Assembly (NCBI RefSeq): GCF_009914755.1
Contig: NC_060929.1
Length of the DNA stretch: 64,000 nt
Source: the human T2T-CHM13v2.0 reference genome, Homo sapiens
Strand: one strand, 5' to 3'
Shown: positions 1 through 17,480 of the stretch, piece after piece
Layout: the number at the start of each line of letters is the position of its first letter
Numbering within the stretch: the stretch's first letter is position 1
The notes under the pieces: model-generated
The model's input: only the letters and a program-made list of their open reading frames with translations
The model's database searches: none
Told to the model about the DNA's origin: nothing
Translations under genes and position numbers: made by a program

Positions 1-414
<414 letters not shown>

Positions 415-1081
415 CTACCTGTGACCTTGAGATGGGGAGAACATAGACGGTAGTCATAGTTTAACTATCTCCTCCTTTATAAAATGGGAACAGCAATCCC
501 TGCATTGCTGTGAGAATGCATGTATAATGGATCTGAAAGCAAATTGCCAATTGTAGAGTCATAAACAGATGTAAGGCTATGTTGCTACTTCCCTGTGCAT
601 GTGCCTACCACAGCTGCTGATATTGCTGCCTGTTTTAACTCAGATAATACCAGGTTTAGACAATATCTGATCACCTCCAAGTACTTCCCAGGCTTTAATC
701 ACTCCCGAGGTTTGGCTTTTAGTCTACATACTATGTACCGCATCTCTCTACATGTCCGTTAATATGTACAGAACAAGATAAATACCCTTGCTGGTGGGGA
801 AGGCATTTAAACTCAGCCTTCCTGATTTAGAATCTATTACTCAGTCGGGCTGTTTGAAGTGTTAACTGATCCACCTTGTGATTCAGACTGCAGTCGGAGC
901 AGAACCAAGGGGAAGAGATTGGTGGGGCTCACGCAGAGCAAGCCCCAGGAAGACCCAGCTGCCTGGCAAGCTCATTTTCCTACTAGTTTCAGCATACACT
1001 GTGGTTCAATGTGAAAGAGACAATGAACTTGCTTTTGTATTTATTTTGCAAATGTAACACAGACCCTGGTTTAAAAGATTA

Positions 1082-1421
<340 letters not shown>

Positions 1422-1719
1422 CATTATGCATGTTACAAATGGCAGTCATCCCTTGCACTCACATTCTTGTGTTTCCATCCCCAGAGCAACCCTCTACTAA
1501 TTTCTAATGTGTTCTTCCAGAGGTAAACCATACAAACATCGCATATATGTGGTCTAACTTGCTGCCTCCTGGGTTTTTATTTTTTGTTTTTTGCACAAAT
1601 GGTAGCAAACTAAGGGCATTGTTGTGCAACTTTTTTTCTACTTAGTATTTCTTAAAGATCATTTCGTATCAATATGTAGAGATCTGCTTCACTGTTTGGA
1701 TTGATCATAGTTTGTTTAA

Positions 1720-2052
<333 letters not shown>

Positions 2053-2244
2053 TATTTATTTATTTATTTTTAGTTAAAAAAATTTTTTTTAACCTACCTC
2101 TTACACAGAAATAGGTTATTTCTAATTGACTACTGCTGCTAGTTTGCAGTAAGTTTTGCACACATGTGACCGTATGCATAGGATAAATGCCTCAGAGGGG
2201 AATTGCTCAGTTAAAAGGTGTTGTGTATTTATTTATTTAGTTAG

Positions 2245-2535
<291 letters not shown>

Positions 2536-2899
2536 GGTGTGCATATTTAACATTTTGATGTATATTGTCACATTCCTGTCCGTGAAATTATATCAGTTTA
2601 TGTTTCTGTAGAAATGCATAAGAAGTGTTTGTTTCTTCACACCTTCACCCACACAGCATGTTATTAGACTTCGTTGATCTTTGCCAATCTGGAGTCTCTG
2701 AAGTTTTAATTCGTAGTCCTTTTCGGATGGTTAAGACTCACCTGTGTTGCCTTTCCTGTGAACTCGTATCAGTTGTCGATTTTCTTCTTTCTGATTCGTG
2801 TGTTGAGCTTGTTTTATTCCTATTCCCTCACGTGGCCCCGGGTCCTTCTTGCATGCCCCCCTCCCCTGGCAGCTCCGTTTGGAGGAGGATGCCTCCTGG

Positions 2900-3075
2900 G
2901 CTAGGGTCAGGGTCCAGACCTGACTGCCTACCCTCTGGGTGAGCTTGACTAAGTCAGTTAAACTCTCTGAGTCACTGTTTTCTGCTCTGTGAAGAGAGGA
3001 TATTAGTTCAACAGCAGGGATGTTGGATAGATAGATAATCAGTATAAAAGTGTTTTTAAAACTGTAGAAAGCTGT
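2900..3075 (+). mobile_element. MIR (degenerate)
   Basis: Diverged MIR core (GTGAGCTTGACTAAGTCAGTTAAACTCTCTGAGTC...). Confidence 0.5.
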
Positions 3076-3141
3076 CACAATATAATATCACATTAGTATT
3101 TACTTGGTTTCAAATGAGTGGTAAGATTTTACTTACCTTAA

Positions 3142-3737
<596 letters not shown>

Positions 3738-3762
3738 AGAACATCCTGATTTTTTTAAAAAA

Positions 3763-3920
3763 GTTTTTTTTTAAGAGACAGAGCTTTACTTTGTTGCCCA
3801 GGATGGAGTGCAGTGGTGCAAACAGCTCACTGCAGGCTTGAACCCCTGGGCTCAATCATTCCTCCCACCTTTGCCTCTGGTGTAGCTGGGATTACAGGCA
3901 TGCACCATCACACCTGTCTT
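3763..3920 (-). mobile_element. Alu right-arm monomer (AluJ/FRAM-like)
   Basis: Single diverged antisense Alu arm. Confidence 0.85.
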
Positions 3921-4081
3921 TGGTTTTTTAAGTGCCAACTCTTTCATGGGTGAACCCCTAAGAGCCAATACTTCAGAGCTGAAAGATGTCTATGTTGGAA
4001 TCTCAGTTCTGCTAGCTGTTAGATGTAAACCCTGGACTGTGGACTTAGCCTTTTTGGGCCACGGTTGCAGAAGATGGCTGA

Positions 4082-4577
<496 letters not shown>

Positions 4578-4694
4578 TGACTTCACCCCTCTGAGGTAAT
4601 GTAGGAGTCCCATCTATACAGGGTGGATTTGAAGTATCAGTGGGCTTTTTATATAGAGTACTTACCACATAGGAGGCACTTAATAAATATGCTA

Positions 4695-5155
<461 letters not shown>

Positions 5156-5891
5156 CTAGAAGCTGTGGGACACAGAGCTTCCCTAAGGAGATTTGAGGGT
5201 TTTTCCTGCCTCTGTAGACTCTGCAGATCACTTTCAGTGAGATTCTTTTTTTGAGTAACCCTAGGAAAATTGACTCTGCTTGTCCCTCGTCCCCCAACAA
5301 GGGGTAGGGCCTTACCTGACTGGCCCTCGAGCAGAGGTGATCTGAGGTTCCTTGACTAGGGGTGTGGTATGTGTCTTGTTCACTGTCCACCTGAGATGGG
5401 ATCTGGTTCTGGACCCCTAGGACTGGATCTCCTTGGCTTATTAATTGTTCTGCCAAGGGAAGTTTCCTTCTCATCCAACCCCTGTTCAGTAACCACTGTG
5501 CTTGGACCTGGGGATACAGCAGTGAGCCCCACCTCAGCATCATCCTTCAGGAGCTCACACAGAGAGGCGGAAAATACACAAGAGGATTTCAGCTAGGGAT
5601 AAGCCCTTCGAAGACAATAAAACAAGAGCATGTCATGGGGGTAGGTGGGTTATGCTAGAAAGTGCGGTCCAGACGCCTCTCTGCAATGGTATTCATGCTG
5701 AAGCTGGAGAATCAGAAAGGAAGCAACCTTCTGGGGAAAAGTATTCCAGGCAGTGAGAAAAGCCAAGAGCAGAGGCATCGAGTGGCTAAGCTTGTCATTC
5801 GTCATAAAGTACACAAACGATTTGTGAAAATGGGATCCAACGGGAACTACATAAAGAAACCTGGTGTGTTTGAGCATTTTTTTTTTTTCAG

Positions 5892-5962
5892 AGCAGGTGA
5901 TATGCTAGTTATAAATCAGTGCGCGCCCTGCCTGAGGGGATGGCCAAGTCAGCCTGGGTGAG
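5892..5962 (+). other. Candidate 71-nt cassette exon (probably non-coding or cryptic)
   Basis: T12-CAG acceptor ending at 5891 and a near-consensus donor GAG|GTGAGT at 5963. Confidence 0.3.
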
Positions 5963-6789
5963 GTGAGTGGATAAGTGCATTTGAGGCCATCGCTTGAGCT
6001 ACAGTATTTATTTGAAATGAGTAAAATCTACAAGGCCTCGATAAGTGGCAGAACCGAGGCCTTCCTGAATTCAGAGTAGCCCTGACAGGCTGTCCTGACG
6101 GATGAGGGCTTCCTCGTTGGCTCTCCAGCTAATAGTGTCAGCGTCTGCAGCCACCATCGACACAAAGTCAATTTCCACTCTTGGATCTGCGATTTAACAC
6201 CCAGCTGCTCAGAGAGCTGCAGAGAGTGGAGGTCAGTGGGGCTAACTGGGTTGCTTAATGAAAGAGGGAGGTTTCCAGAATTGGAAAGGCGGGGCCCCTG
6301 GCAGGGTCATGGTGCAGAGAAACTAGCGTGGCTAGCTCATGGGGCTAAGCTGGGAGGAGGAAAGGGGCCACTGTCACAGGGCTGGAGCCCACAGACCCAC
6401 ATGGAGGCCTTGGACTCCCATGGACCCCATTCCCCTGGGAGGCATTTCTTGTAGCTCTAGGAGTTTGAGTTCTAGAAAAAGGCCAGGTGGGCAGCTTGGG
6501 GCATTCTTTGGCTTGGATTAATCTCTCCTAGTAACAGCGTGAGTAATGGCTACCTTTTCTCCCTCTTGCCCTTATTCCATAACCCCTGCCCACCTCCAAA
6601 CCCACACAGAGCGCTGTCTGTGGTTAGCACCAGCTGGAACTGGGGATGGGTCTGACCATGTGAGGGCACAGCTCATGGTGGTAAGGCTAAATTAAAGGTC
6701 ACTTGGCCAACTCGTTGGTGTACTCTGTCTGCTGGGTAACCCTGCCCTTTGGGCAAGTCTCACCACTCCCTTTGTTCTAGACTAGAAGT

Positions 6790-6975
6790 CATTCATTTAT
6801 TCATTCACTCACTTGTTTTTTATTCACCTGATCAATCACACATCCTCTTGTCTGTTCATTTATTTAACAAATGCTTACTGAGTCATCATCCATGCCAGGC
6901 TCTGTTGGATGCTAGGAGCAGACCATCTCCATTCTCTTAGAGCTTAGAGTCGACTGGGAAGAGAAGAGGCAGACC
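6790..6975 (-). mobile_element. L2 3' end fragment
   Basis: (TTCA)n-like start, TTTAACAAATGCTTACTGAG...TGCCAGGC. Confidence 0.55.
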
Positions 6976-8672
6976 TGTGCATTGCACACTTGTTATTATG
7001 ATTGTGTGTTTCACTGGCGCTGCACATAGCAGTTCCTGTTTGAGACATACCTCAGTGAACAAGTACAGGACCTGGCTGGGTGATCAGAATCCACATGGAA
7101 TCTCCTGTGTCATCATGTGCCCCAGCAGGTGCCATCTTTTGGGAACAGGGTGTGGACAGGTACAACACATGCCCCCAGGAACTCATCACCACAGGGATTC
7201 CAAGAGGGCTGAGGCCAGCCCTGCCTGTGGTCTTCAGCCTTCTTTCCAGGCTCCATGGTGTCTTGTATCTCTACTGGGGGTTGTATTCTTTTTGTTTGTT
7301 TCTTGTTTTTAATTCAACAAACATTTAATAATTGTAAAATTTTAATATTTTGCTTCTAGTTGTAAAGAAGATATAATTAAAGACTTGGCCATTAGTTTCA
7401 TACATTCCCAATAACGGTGGTTCATATAATCATATCTTTTCCTGCTTTGTTTTTTAACTATAAAATGAAAGGCTAGTTTTAGAATTTTATTACAAAAGAA
7501 TTAAATCTTTGTTGAAGAAAATTAAAGAACTGCAGATATACCCTTTCAAAGGAAATAAAAACCACCCATAATTATTTAAAAGTGACTATTATTTCTTTTT
7601 TCACATATTTATTTTTCCTTTAAAAAAGTCAGATCATATTGTCTTTATGACTTTTTCATTTAGCATTATATTGAAGAATCTATCTTTATTAAGGCCTTAT
7701 AGATCTTCATTAAGGTTTAAAGAAGGTTTTTTCCATGGCCTTAAATTGGTTCACCTCCTCATTTGATGACAGTAGGATTCCTCATGGATGTAGCTTGAGA
7801 TTCTGTTTTGTGGTTTGCACTTCTCTCTTCTTGAGAGCCAGTTATGTTTTACTCATGACCTCAGGCAAGTAATTGACTTGTTTGCCTCTTTATTTATTTG
7901 TACAGGAGGAAAATAACTGCACTTCTCTTGGAGTGGATGGGAGGGGTGAACAAGCAGAGGGGCCTAGTACTGGTGAAAGCTGTAGCAACAGTGGCCACCG
8001 TGGAGCAGGAGGGGCAGGAGAGGTACTACCGTTTCCCATTTGGTACCCAGAAGCCAGACACTGAGGGTTAAGTTACCTGTCTTCAGCAGCTGTTGACCCA
8101 AGTTGGACTTGGGCAGCATACAAATGAGAGTTAGCCTGAGCCCTGGGCTGGGGTGGGTTGGTTCATTGCAAAGATGGAGCTCCTCCGGCTCCTTCCCTCA
8201 TCCTCACAAACCAGAGGAAGTGTATTTGGTTGAAAATGACCCACATCCTTCACCAGGCATGCTGCCAGCAGCAGCATGGGGCAGCTGCAAGGCTGCTGCT
8301 TGGGAGTTGGTGAATGGCCTGGCTGTCAAGAGCCCCCTGGGCCAGGGGCCACCCACACCCACCCTGGATATTGAGGCTCAGAGAGGCAGTGCTATTTGCC
8401 TAAGTCAGGCAGCTTGTTAGTGGCAGAGCTGGGATTTGAACCCAAGGCTTTTCCACTGCATCTTCCATGTTAGACTCATTCACCCTGTGAGTTGGAACAC
8501 CCATTATGTGCAAGGAGCTCCAGCGCTCCCACAGGGTGCTCCAGACATGAAGAAGCTATGGTCCTTGCTGAAATGGCACACACATAATACAGGAGATGCT
8601 GCAAGAGCCAAGGATGCCCTAGGGACACTTATCTGGTTCATTCCTTACGCATACACTGTGCCAGGCTGTGTA

Positions 8673-8693
8673 CTCAGCACCATGGACACGAAT
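8673..8693 (+). promoter_or_regulatory. RE1/NRSE (REST)-like motif within an L2 fragment
   Basis: CTCAGCACCATGGACACG versus consensus TTCAGCACCAYGGACAGC: 15 contiguous matching bases. Confidence 0.45.
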
Positions 8694-8924
8694 GTGAACA
8701 AGCAGACCACAGAGGGCCAGCAGACAGCAAACTGCCAGCAGATTGAGGGGCAGAGAGCACTGTGGACAGCAGAGGGCTCTGGGCAGCAGTTCCTGGGAAG
8801 AATTGTTGTGGTGGGACTTAAGGTTGGGCTATCCCAGCCGCAGTGCTCCTGAAACCAGGGGCACAGTCTTGGCATTGAATGGTAGCTATGGGAAGGGCTT
8901 TTGACCAACTCACCTGGATCTGAG

Positions 8925-9060
8925 GATTCTGCTACTTAACATGCTGTGTGACCTTGGGCACATGGCTTGGCTTTTCTGAGCTTTTTCCTTGTTTAAAGAG
9001 GATACTATTATCTGCCTCACAGAGTGGGTGTGAGAATTAAATGAGAATAAAGGGACTTGA
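8925..9060 (+). mobile_element. MIR
   Basis: GCTGTGTGACCTTGGGCA...TGTGAGAATTAAATGAGA core. Confidence 0.75.
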
Positions 9061-9603
9061 ATGTATCTCCAGCAGCCATGTGATTATTGTCATCAGGGGG
9101 TGGCAGCAAGTGTAGAGAAGGCAGGGACACGTTTGGGGTTGACATTGCACATTATAGAGTGAAACATAAGTGGAGCCCAAATGCTATGCTTATGTGACAC
9201 ACATTGTCCTAGTAATGATCTCATGCGCCTGCTGCACAAATAAGAAAGGAATTGTAGCCTGCTGTGCATGGCTGCCCCTTGAGAGAGGAGGAGAGGAGTT
9301 ATTTCTGGAATTTGCCCCAAGGTGTAGCAGGTCCCTTTTGACTTGGTCCCACAGTGTACACCCAGTCCTGTTGGGCATTTAAGGAGAGCTTGCTCATCTT
9401 GAAGAAAAGTCTCCTAATGCCCAGAACTGGGGGATGGGGATTAATGGGGAGATTTCTGGAACCTAGGCATATTTCCTGCTGCTCTAGTTATTAAAGCAGC
9501 GCAGGGCATCTGGGCGGATTTGTTCAGTGATGCTGGCAGGCATCCGGCCCCTTCCCACACTCCATAGTGCAGACTGCTTGGGGTCTAATCCTGCTGCGGT
9601 GGC

Positions 9604-10300
9604 TTTTTTTCTTTTCTTTTTCCAGCTTTATTGAGGTAAACTTGACAAATAAAAACTGTGTTATTTAACGTACATAATGTGATGATTTGATGTATGTATA
9701 TACTGTGAAAAGATGACCACAATCAAGCTAATTAACATATCCAACACCTCACACAGTTATCTTTGTGTGTGTGTGCTTGTGTGTATGTGTCTGTGTGTGT
9801 GGTGAGAACGTTTAAGATCTACTCTCTTAGTCAATTTCAAGTATACAATATAGTGTTTAGTCACATCGCTGTAGTGTAGATCTCCAGGATTTATTCATCC
9901 TGCATGACTGAAACTTTGTACTATCTGACAAACACCTCCCCATTTCCTCTGTCCTTCAGCCCCTGGTCACCAGCATTCTACCTTGTGCTTTTCCCACTTC
10001 TGGGTATGTATCCAAAGGAAATGAAATCAAGATCTCAGAGAGATCTGCACTCTCACGTTCATTGCAGCATTATTTACAACAGCCAAGATATGGAAACAAC
10101 CTAAGTGTTTGTTGACAGATGAATGGATAAAGAAAATGTGGTATGTACATATAACAGAATATTATGCAACCTTAAGAAAGGAAGGGAATTCTGTCATTTG
10201 TGTAGCATGGATGAACCTGGAGGACATTATGCCAAGTGAAATGAGCCAGATGCAGAAAGACAAATGCTGCGTGATGTTACTCTTGTAGAATGTAGAAAAG
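9604..10300 (-). mobile_element. L1MA-type 3' end with 5' inversion
   Basis: Poly-T plus antisense L1MA 3' UTR at 9604-~9985, joined to a sense-orientation upstream L1 segment at ~9990-10300 (TTCCCACTTCTGGGTATG...GAATGTAGAAAAG). Confidence 0.85.
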
Positions 10301-10638
10301 ACTGTGACTTATTAACTTGACAGGCAATAGGTCCTGCTCTTGTCAGCCTCCTCATCCATAGCAGGGGAGCACTGTGTTATCCCGTGGACATGTGGATAAC
10401 AGTAGTGCCAACCTGATTGTGGTACTGTGAGGGTAAAATAATATATGTTTAAAGAGCCTGACAGAGTGCCTGTCACCATGAGCGCTCAAGTTTTTGCTCT
10501 TGGGATTTGGATATCTGCCTATCCTTTGCTGTTCCCTCCTCAGGGAAACTGTCATCCTCTTCTCTGGCCAGACCCTGGTTCTTCTTGGGTTCTCCTGGGG
10601 ACCTGTGTGAGATGATGGGATAAGTGCAAGGGCAGTGA

Positions 10639-10974
<336 letters not shown>

Positions 10975-11325
10975 CCTGCAGATCTTTTCCTGTCTGCCTG
11001 CAGAGCCCTCAGGTACCTCTCTGCTGATTCCGGCAGCCTGACCCACCCATGGGGCCTCTCAGTGAATCTATCTTGTCCTGAGGGAGAATTCCAAGGCTCT
11101 CAGTCCCTCATGGAAGGGATTTTAGAGGGTGTGTTATCCAAATAGCCTCCCAGGCAGGGCTTGGGCTGTTTCTGCCTAATGCTTGTATGTGTGGAAGGCA
11201 AGGTGCTCACTGTTCTGGAGGCAGCCTATTTCATTTGGGGACAGCCTTGGCAACTTGGGTTTTGAGCTGAATCTCACTTTCATCCTCTAGTTCTCCCTCA
11301 TGGCGCCAAGGTTCTCCCCCACCCC

Positions 11326-11612
11326 TTTTTTTAGAGATGGGTCTCGCTCTGTTGCCCAGTCTGGAGTGCAATGGTGTGATCAGGGCTCACTGCAGCCTCA
11401 ACTTCCTGGGCTCAAGTGATTCTCCCACCTCAGCCTCCCAAGCAGCTGAAACTATAGGTGTGCACCATTACACCCAGCACATTTTTAATTTTTTTGTAGA
11501 GATGGGGGTCTCACCATGTTGCCCAGACTGTTCTCTAACTCCTGGGCTCCAGCAATCCTGCCTCAGCATCCCAAAGTATTAGCATTACGGGCATGAGCCA
11601 CTGTGCCTGGCT
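11326..11612 (-). mobile_element. Alu (AluJ-type)
   Basis: Diverged antisense dimer with AluJ-type GCAGCCTCAACTTCCTGGGCTCAAG. Confidence 0.9.
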
Positions 11613-12018
11613 CACCAAGGCCCTTGAGCACCTTCAGGTCCCTTGAGAGAGGTGACCTGCCATCCCCTGCAACTTCCCTCCCCACTCTGGCCCTGCAGCC
11701 TCGCTTGCTCCCTCCGGCCTTTGGCCCTGGTCCTGCAGGTCTCATTCTGGATTCCTCAGGGGAGCTTCATCGTGGCCCCAGGTTCTTGGGTGACTCTTGA
11801 GCCCTCTTAAAGTTGCAGCCAACCTTGGATCTTAAGTGGAATGAAAGATGTTAAACGCTTGGTGTGTTTTTCTTTTCTTGTCATCAGGGGCTGTTGGTCA
11901 TGAAGAGTGGAGTTCAGGGGCAGGGGGAGGTGTTTGGAGTCTCTCATTGAGGCCTCTGTGAGCTCTGTCCTGGCTGTGGCTGAGTGGAATGTGTAGGTCC
12001 TGAGGGTTCAGAGCATGA

Positions 12019-12505
<487 letters not shown>

Positions 12506-13447
12506 ACTCCTGGGGCTTTTCCCCTTTATTGGTCATAGCCCCATCAGAGACTCTAAAGAGTATGGACTCTCTTAATGTAAGAATGTCAAAACATAAAAAA
12601 GTTCGCATGTGATTTCATAGACTCTCTAAAAGCCATGCACAAGCCCAGAGTAAGAACTTCTATTTGAGTCCTTCTGCATTCTTTATATAGATAGAGAAAC
12701 TGAGGTCCAGAGAGGCACCCACACACCTCACAGTCATTGATAGGAGGGCAGAGGGGGCCTGGATTGGCTCAGCCAGAGGCAGGGCTGGGCCATGTGTGGA
12801 TGGGAGCAGGATTAGCAGTGGGGAGATGAGCAGGGAAGAGGACCAGAGGGACCTCAGCCCGGCGAGCAGTGGCCTCCAGCCCTGCACTGGAGGCTGGGCC
12901 CAAACATGAGGCTGAAGTAGGATGCGGAGAGTTGGTTAGAGATGTGGAAACTGTGCTTAGTGGTTCAAGAGAAAGTCTGGGATAGGGAGGACGTGATCTT
13001 TGGCCAGTGAAGGTGCCAGACCCAAGTAGAACAGGTGTTGGATTGGAAAGACTGCATAGACACAGACATACTGTTTTAGAATTTTACAGAGGAGGAAACT
13101 GAGTCCCAGCAAGTGGCAGGCAGCTGGGATAAGGTCAGTGCAGGTGGGTGAGTTAACTCGGAGTCTTTTGGGGTGGCAAGTGATTCACATTATTTCATTT
13201 TAATAACTTATTTAAATGCACATTTGAGAAAATATAGCTGGTACACATAATTTATTGCTAAGGATAAGTCTAAGAGGAAAAAATAAGTAGATTTAAAGAC
13301 AGATATTAAGTAAACAGTAGTGGGGGTATAAAGATATGGTAACTATAGGAAGTTGGCATGAAAACCATACTGTTTAAGACCTGGCTGGATGAATGACTGA
13401 CAAATTTGATCTAGACTGATCTCTGAGCCTCCAAGCATGGACTCCTC

Positions 13448-13676
13448 TTAGGAGAGAGTAGTACCCAAACACACATGTCCTCTACCAACTCCCTGGGGTG
13501 GGCTTCTTCTCAAGAATAGTGCAGAGAAAGAGGGAGGGACCCTGTGAAACAGTTAAGTTAGGAGAGGGTAGTACCCAAACACACATGTCCTTTACCAACT
13601 CCCTGGGGTGGGCTTCTTCTCAAGAACAGTGCAGAGAAAGAGGGAGGGACCCTGTGAAACAGTTAAGTTAGGAGAG
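13448..13676. repeat. 110-bp tandem duplication
   Basis: Units 13448-13557 and 13558-13667 differ at 3 positions; TTAGGAGAG appears a third time at 13668-13676. Confidence 0.97.
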
Positions 13677-14132
13677 GCGTCCTCCTGCCGTGTGACTTGG
13701 GTCAGCTTGTTAAAGGAGGCGAGAAGGCAGGGGAGGGAATATGCCTGGGCATGTAAGGCTCATCGGGACCTCGGTTACCATTTCACCTGTGCAAATTTTC
13801 AGGACTGAGTCTTTTCTCTATACTGCCCCACCAGGGGACTGACATTACTTAAGGCCTCTCTCCAGGACCCCGAGCTCAGGCCTAGCCCGATGGAGCAGAA
13901 CCATCTCTGGAGCAGAACCACCCCTGACCAGAAGTCCAAAGATGTGAGACTGGGGTCAAATCTAGGTTTACTCCTAGTCGAGAAAATGGGAAGGACAATG
14001 TCATATCTCCTCTGGTCTGTGAGGTCGATGGCTGTAAAAGTTGCCCAGTGGTGAACTCAGTTAGGTCTTATCTGTTGCAGATTATGTCACTCCACCCCTC
14101 TGAGACTTCAGTTCCTTATTTCTAAACATCGA

Positions 14133-14511
<379 letters not shown>

Positions 14512-14645
14512 TTAAGGCTGTTATTTTAATAAGGAGTTTTAAAAAAAATGAATACATATAGAAATGTTGTGATTACTAATCTGTGAACCAGTAGCAAAGC
14601 TATCACCTCTGAACCCTCAGGCAAAGCTTGGACCTTACAAATGAT

Positions 14646-14679
14646 GTTGCCACCTTGTGGCAGCCTACTCAAATTGCAG
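14646..14679 (-). promoter_or_regulatory. CTCF motif with upstream (ZF9-11) submotif
   Basis: Minus strand CTGCAATTTG-AGTAGG-CTGCCACAAGGTGGCAAC. Confidence 0.65.
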
Positions 14680-14899
14680 GTTTAGTGTTTTTATTTTAAG
14701 TCTTGTTTTTAAATTTATGATTATGATTATGATAAGAAATCAGAAAATCTAAAGTTATGTGGTTTAGGCAACAAGGTAACCAGGAAGAACAGGCTAAAAT
14801 AAAATATCTTTACTGGATTAAAAACAGAGTACCAGACCTAGCAGAGCCTTAATAATCAGTTAATCTATATATTTAAAGGTATCGCTTATTAAGGTCTTT

Positions 14900-15085
14900 T
14901 TCTAGGGCAGACAGCTTGACTAGCACTTTGCATCTATCCTTTGTAGTCCATCCTACTTAGCAAGATCAATATTATTAGTGTCATGTATTTCAAAAAGGGA
15001 AACTGAGGCTCAGAAGTAACTGAGTAACTTGCCTGATAACACAGAGCTTTCATGTGGCAGAGCTGGAAATGTGAACCAGGCAGGA
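14900..15085 (-). mobile_element. MIR
   Basis: GGGAAACTGAGGCTCAGAAG..GAGTAACTTGCC..GTGGCAGAGCTGGAAATGTGAACC. Confidence 0.75.
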
Positions 15086-16492
15086 TGATGATTAAACCTC
15101 CTAGTAAGTAACCTCTCAACCAAAATATCTGTCCTGTTCCTGGATTCTAGAGGGTGTCACGGGCTGCATTCTTGATTTCTGCCATAGGGCCTGGGATTAT
15201 ACTCTGCAGTCCTGCCCGTGTCCTTGACAGAGCACAATAGCACCCATCATGATTTCATTGGATTCTACTAAAGGCAAATATGGGGTGATTATTAAATTAT
15301 CTGTCCCCTCCTCCTCACTGCTCCCTGTCCCCCCACAAAGGCAGTTAGGTGGCCTCTTTGGGGAAAGTAGGTTTTCTCTGAATGGCTCTCAGAGAAGCAG
15401 GTTTCCTGCTTGCACTTTGAGAACCTGCATCTGGAACCAGCCCAGAGGGGTGGTAGCAGGGCTATGAGGAGGAAACAGAACCAGCATGTTCCTTTCCAAG
15501 TTGGTTCAGCTGACGAGGCTGTCAGAGATGAGGACCAGGTCCCTGCATTGAGTGGCTAGAGAGCTGTCCTGGAAACTCTTTGGTCCATGGTAAGGATATC
15601 CCTCATGCCAGGGGAGGAAGTCTTCCTTGCACTAGAAAACAACAGTCCTCTTTCTGTAAAGTTGGGCATCTCGGCCCATTTCCCTTGCTGGCTTTGCTGG
15701 GAGAGGAAGGTGTGGGTTGGGGTGTTCGGTTCACAGTGGTAAGCTTTGGGACCTATGTGGGTGTTCATGCAGGGAAGTCCCAGAGCCCACACATGCATGC
15801 TTGTGCCTCCAGCCTTTTTCCCCGCTCTATGAGATATGGTCTGGGAGAGGCAGACTAGAAAGATTCCTTGATAATGAATGATTGTTTAGAAATGATGGCT
15901 TATTCAGGACTCCCAGGGGAAGAGCCTTCTTCCTGATTTTTTTCTTTGCATTCATGGAGACATCAGGAAGCTTTGAAAGGCTGTGTGGAGAGATGGCATT
16001 AGGATGTGCTCACAGACATGGGGTCTCAGAGTAAGCAGAGTCAGATCTTAGAAGATGAGGCTGGAGCATCATTCCCATTGTAGGTAACAACCCTAGAAAT
16101 CTAGAACCCTCTCAGTTCCTTCCCAAGTAAGAAAGCCTGTCTTAACATCCCTGGAAAATACAGTATCTATTCAGCTGTGTAGCTCCAGGGACTGAACATT
16201 CTCACTGGGGTATCCCATTCCCTTTGGACATCTGGCAGGATCACTGAGCTGGACTCCACTCCTCTGGAACTCTCTTTTGTCTACACCAGCGGTCTCCAAC
16301 TTTTTTGGCACCAGGGACTGGTTTCATGGAAGACAGTTTTTCCACAGATGGGGTTGGGGGTGGGGGGTGGCGGATGCAGGGAAGATGGTTTCTGCATGAT
16401 TCAAGTGCATTACATGTATTGTGTACTTTATTTCTATTATTATTACATTGTAATATGTAATGAAATAATTATCAACTCACCATAATGTAGAA

Positions 16493-16770
16493 TCAGTGGG
16501 AGCCCTGAGCTTGTTTTCCTGCAACTAGATGGTCCCATCTGGGGGTGATGGGAGATAGTGACACCCAAAGTGGGTTGCTTATGTCCAGTCTCCTCCGTAA
16601 TCTTGTTTTGGTTGCTGTCGCTGCAGAAAACCCTGCTTCACAGGGATAGGATGTTGGAAATAGAAGCAGGCTTTTCAGTGCTTTGTGGCAGTCTCCGGAT
16701 ATTCCGCCTTGATTTTAATCCAGAACGTATGGAGATTTGAAGTTGTCACAAATATATTTTTAAGGCCACC
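16493..16770 (-). pseudogene. Fossil C-terminus of a hAT (Charlie/Buster) transposase
   Basis: Manual translation [29 protein letters not shown]/fs/ALKSLLLFPTSYPCEAGFS...KTRLRRRLD...KQAQGSH*, matching the hAT dimerisation-domain pattern (FW..EYP, CExGFS, RLD). Confidence 0.8.
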
Positions 16771-16809
16771 AGATGCAGCTTAATTGGCACTTGCCACTCA
16801 GCGATAGGG

Positions 16810-17480
<671 letters not shown>

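Noticed and set aside
13891-13924. 17-bp tandem repeat TGGAGCAGAACCA..
   Set aside because: Ordinary micro-duplication with no further structure
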